In this document: positions 63,999 through 64,000 of the stretch, one piece after another
Position numbering within the stretch: position 1 is the stretch's first letter
Layout: each line of letters begins with the position of its first letter
IMG/VR virus record: IMGVR_UViG_3300022602_000058
Coordinates: 1 to 64,000 of that record
Direction: 5' to 3' (one strand)
Length of the DNA stretch: 64,000 bases
Source: a virus
Translations under genes and position numbers: made by a program
Notes under the pieces: generated by a model
Databases searched by the model: none
What the model saw: only the letters and a program-made list of their open reading frames with translations
What the model was told of the DNA's origin: nothing

Positions 63999-64000
63999 AT

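Noticed and set aside
1-64000. tRNA/rRNA genes or stop-codon reassignment
   Set aside because: Intergenic gaps are short with no cloverleaf motifs; long core genes are intact in the standard code and TAA, TAG and TGA all end genes.

Overview
A gene-dense, AT-rich 64-kb segment of a large T4-like (Tevenvirinae-type gene set) myovirus, read with the standard genetic code. From 1 to 21 kb it carries replication and recombination genes (uvsW, 55, 47, 46, 43, uvsX, 41, 32, 45, 61) mixed with a QueC/glutamine amidotransferase/glycosyltransferase set. From 23 to 55 kb it carries packaging, neck, tail and baseplate genes (14, 17, 18, 19, tape measure, 53, 16, 25, 6, two very large virion proteins) plus dut and 44. 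From 55 to 64 kb is a mostly minus-strand accessory region with a lysis cassette, cysC and a CpG-depleted terminal block. The main signals are these. (i) The family B DNA polymerase is broken immediately after its ExoI motif by a MobE-like HNH gene; no intron or complete intein is visible, but the two halves carry novel oppositely charged terminal extensions that may form a non-covalent clasp. (ii) UvsW begins with a free-standing 36-aa split-intein C-half. (iii) A GIY-YIG gene sits between an abandoned queC 5' stub and a complete queC with its own promoter. (iv) The TAAATA late-promoter motif lies mostly 5-6 nt before start codons, implying leaderless late mRNAs, and one such promoter creates a nested in-frame gene. 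No tRNA, rRNA or CRISPR array was seen. All calls are from motif recognition by eye; no database searches were run.
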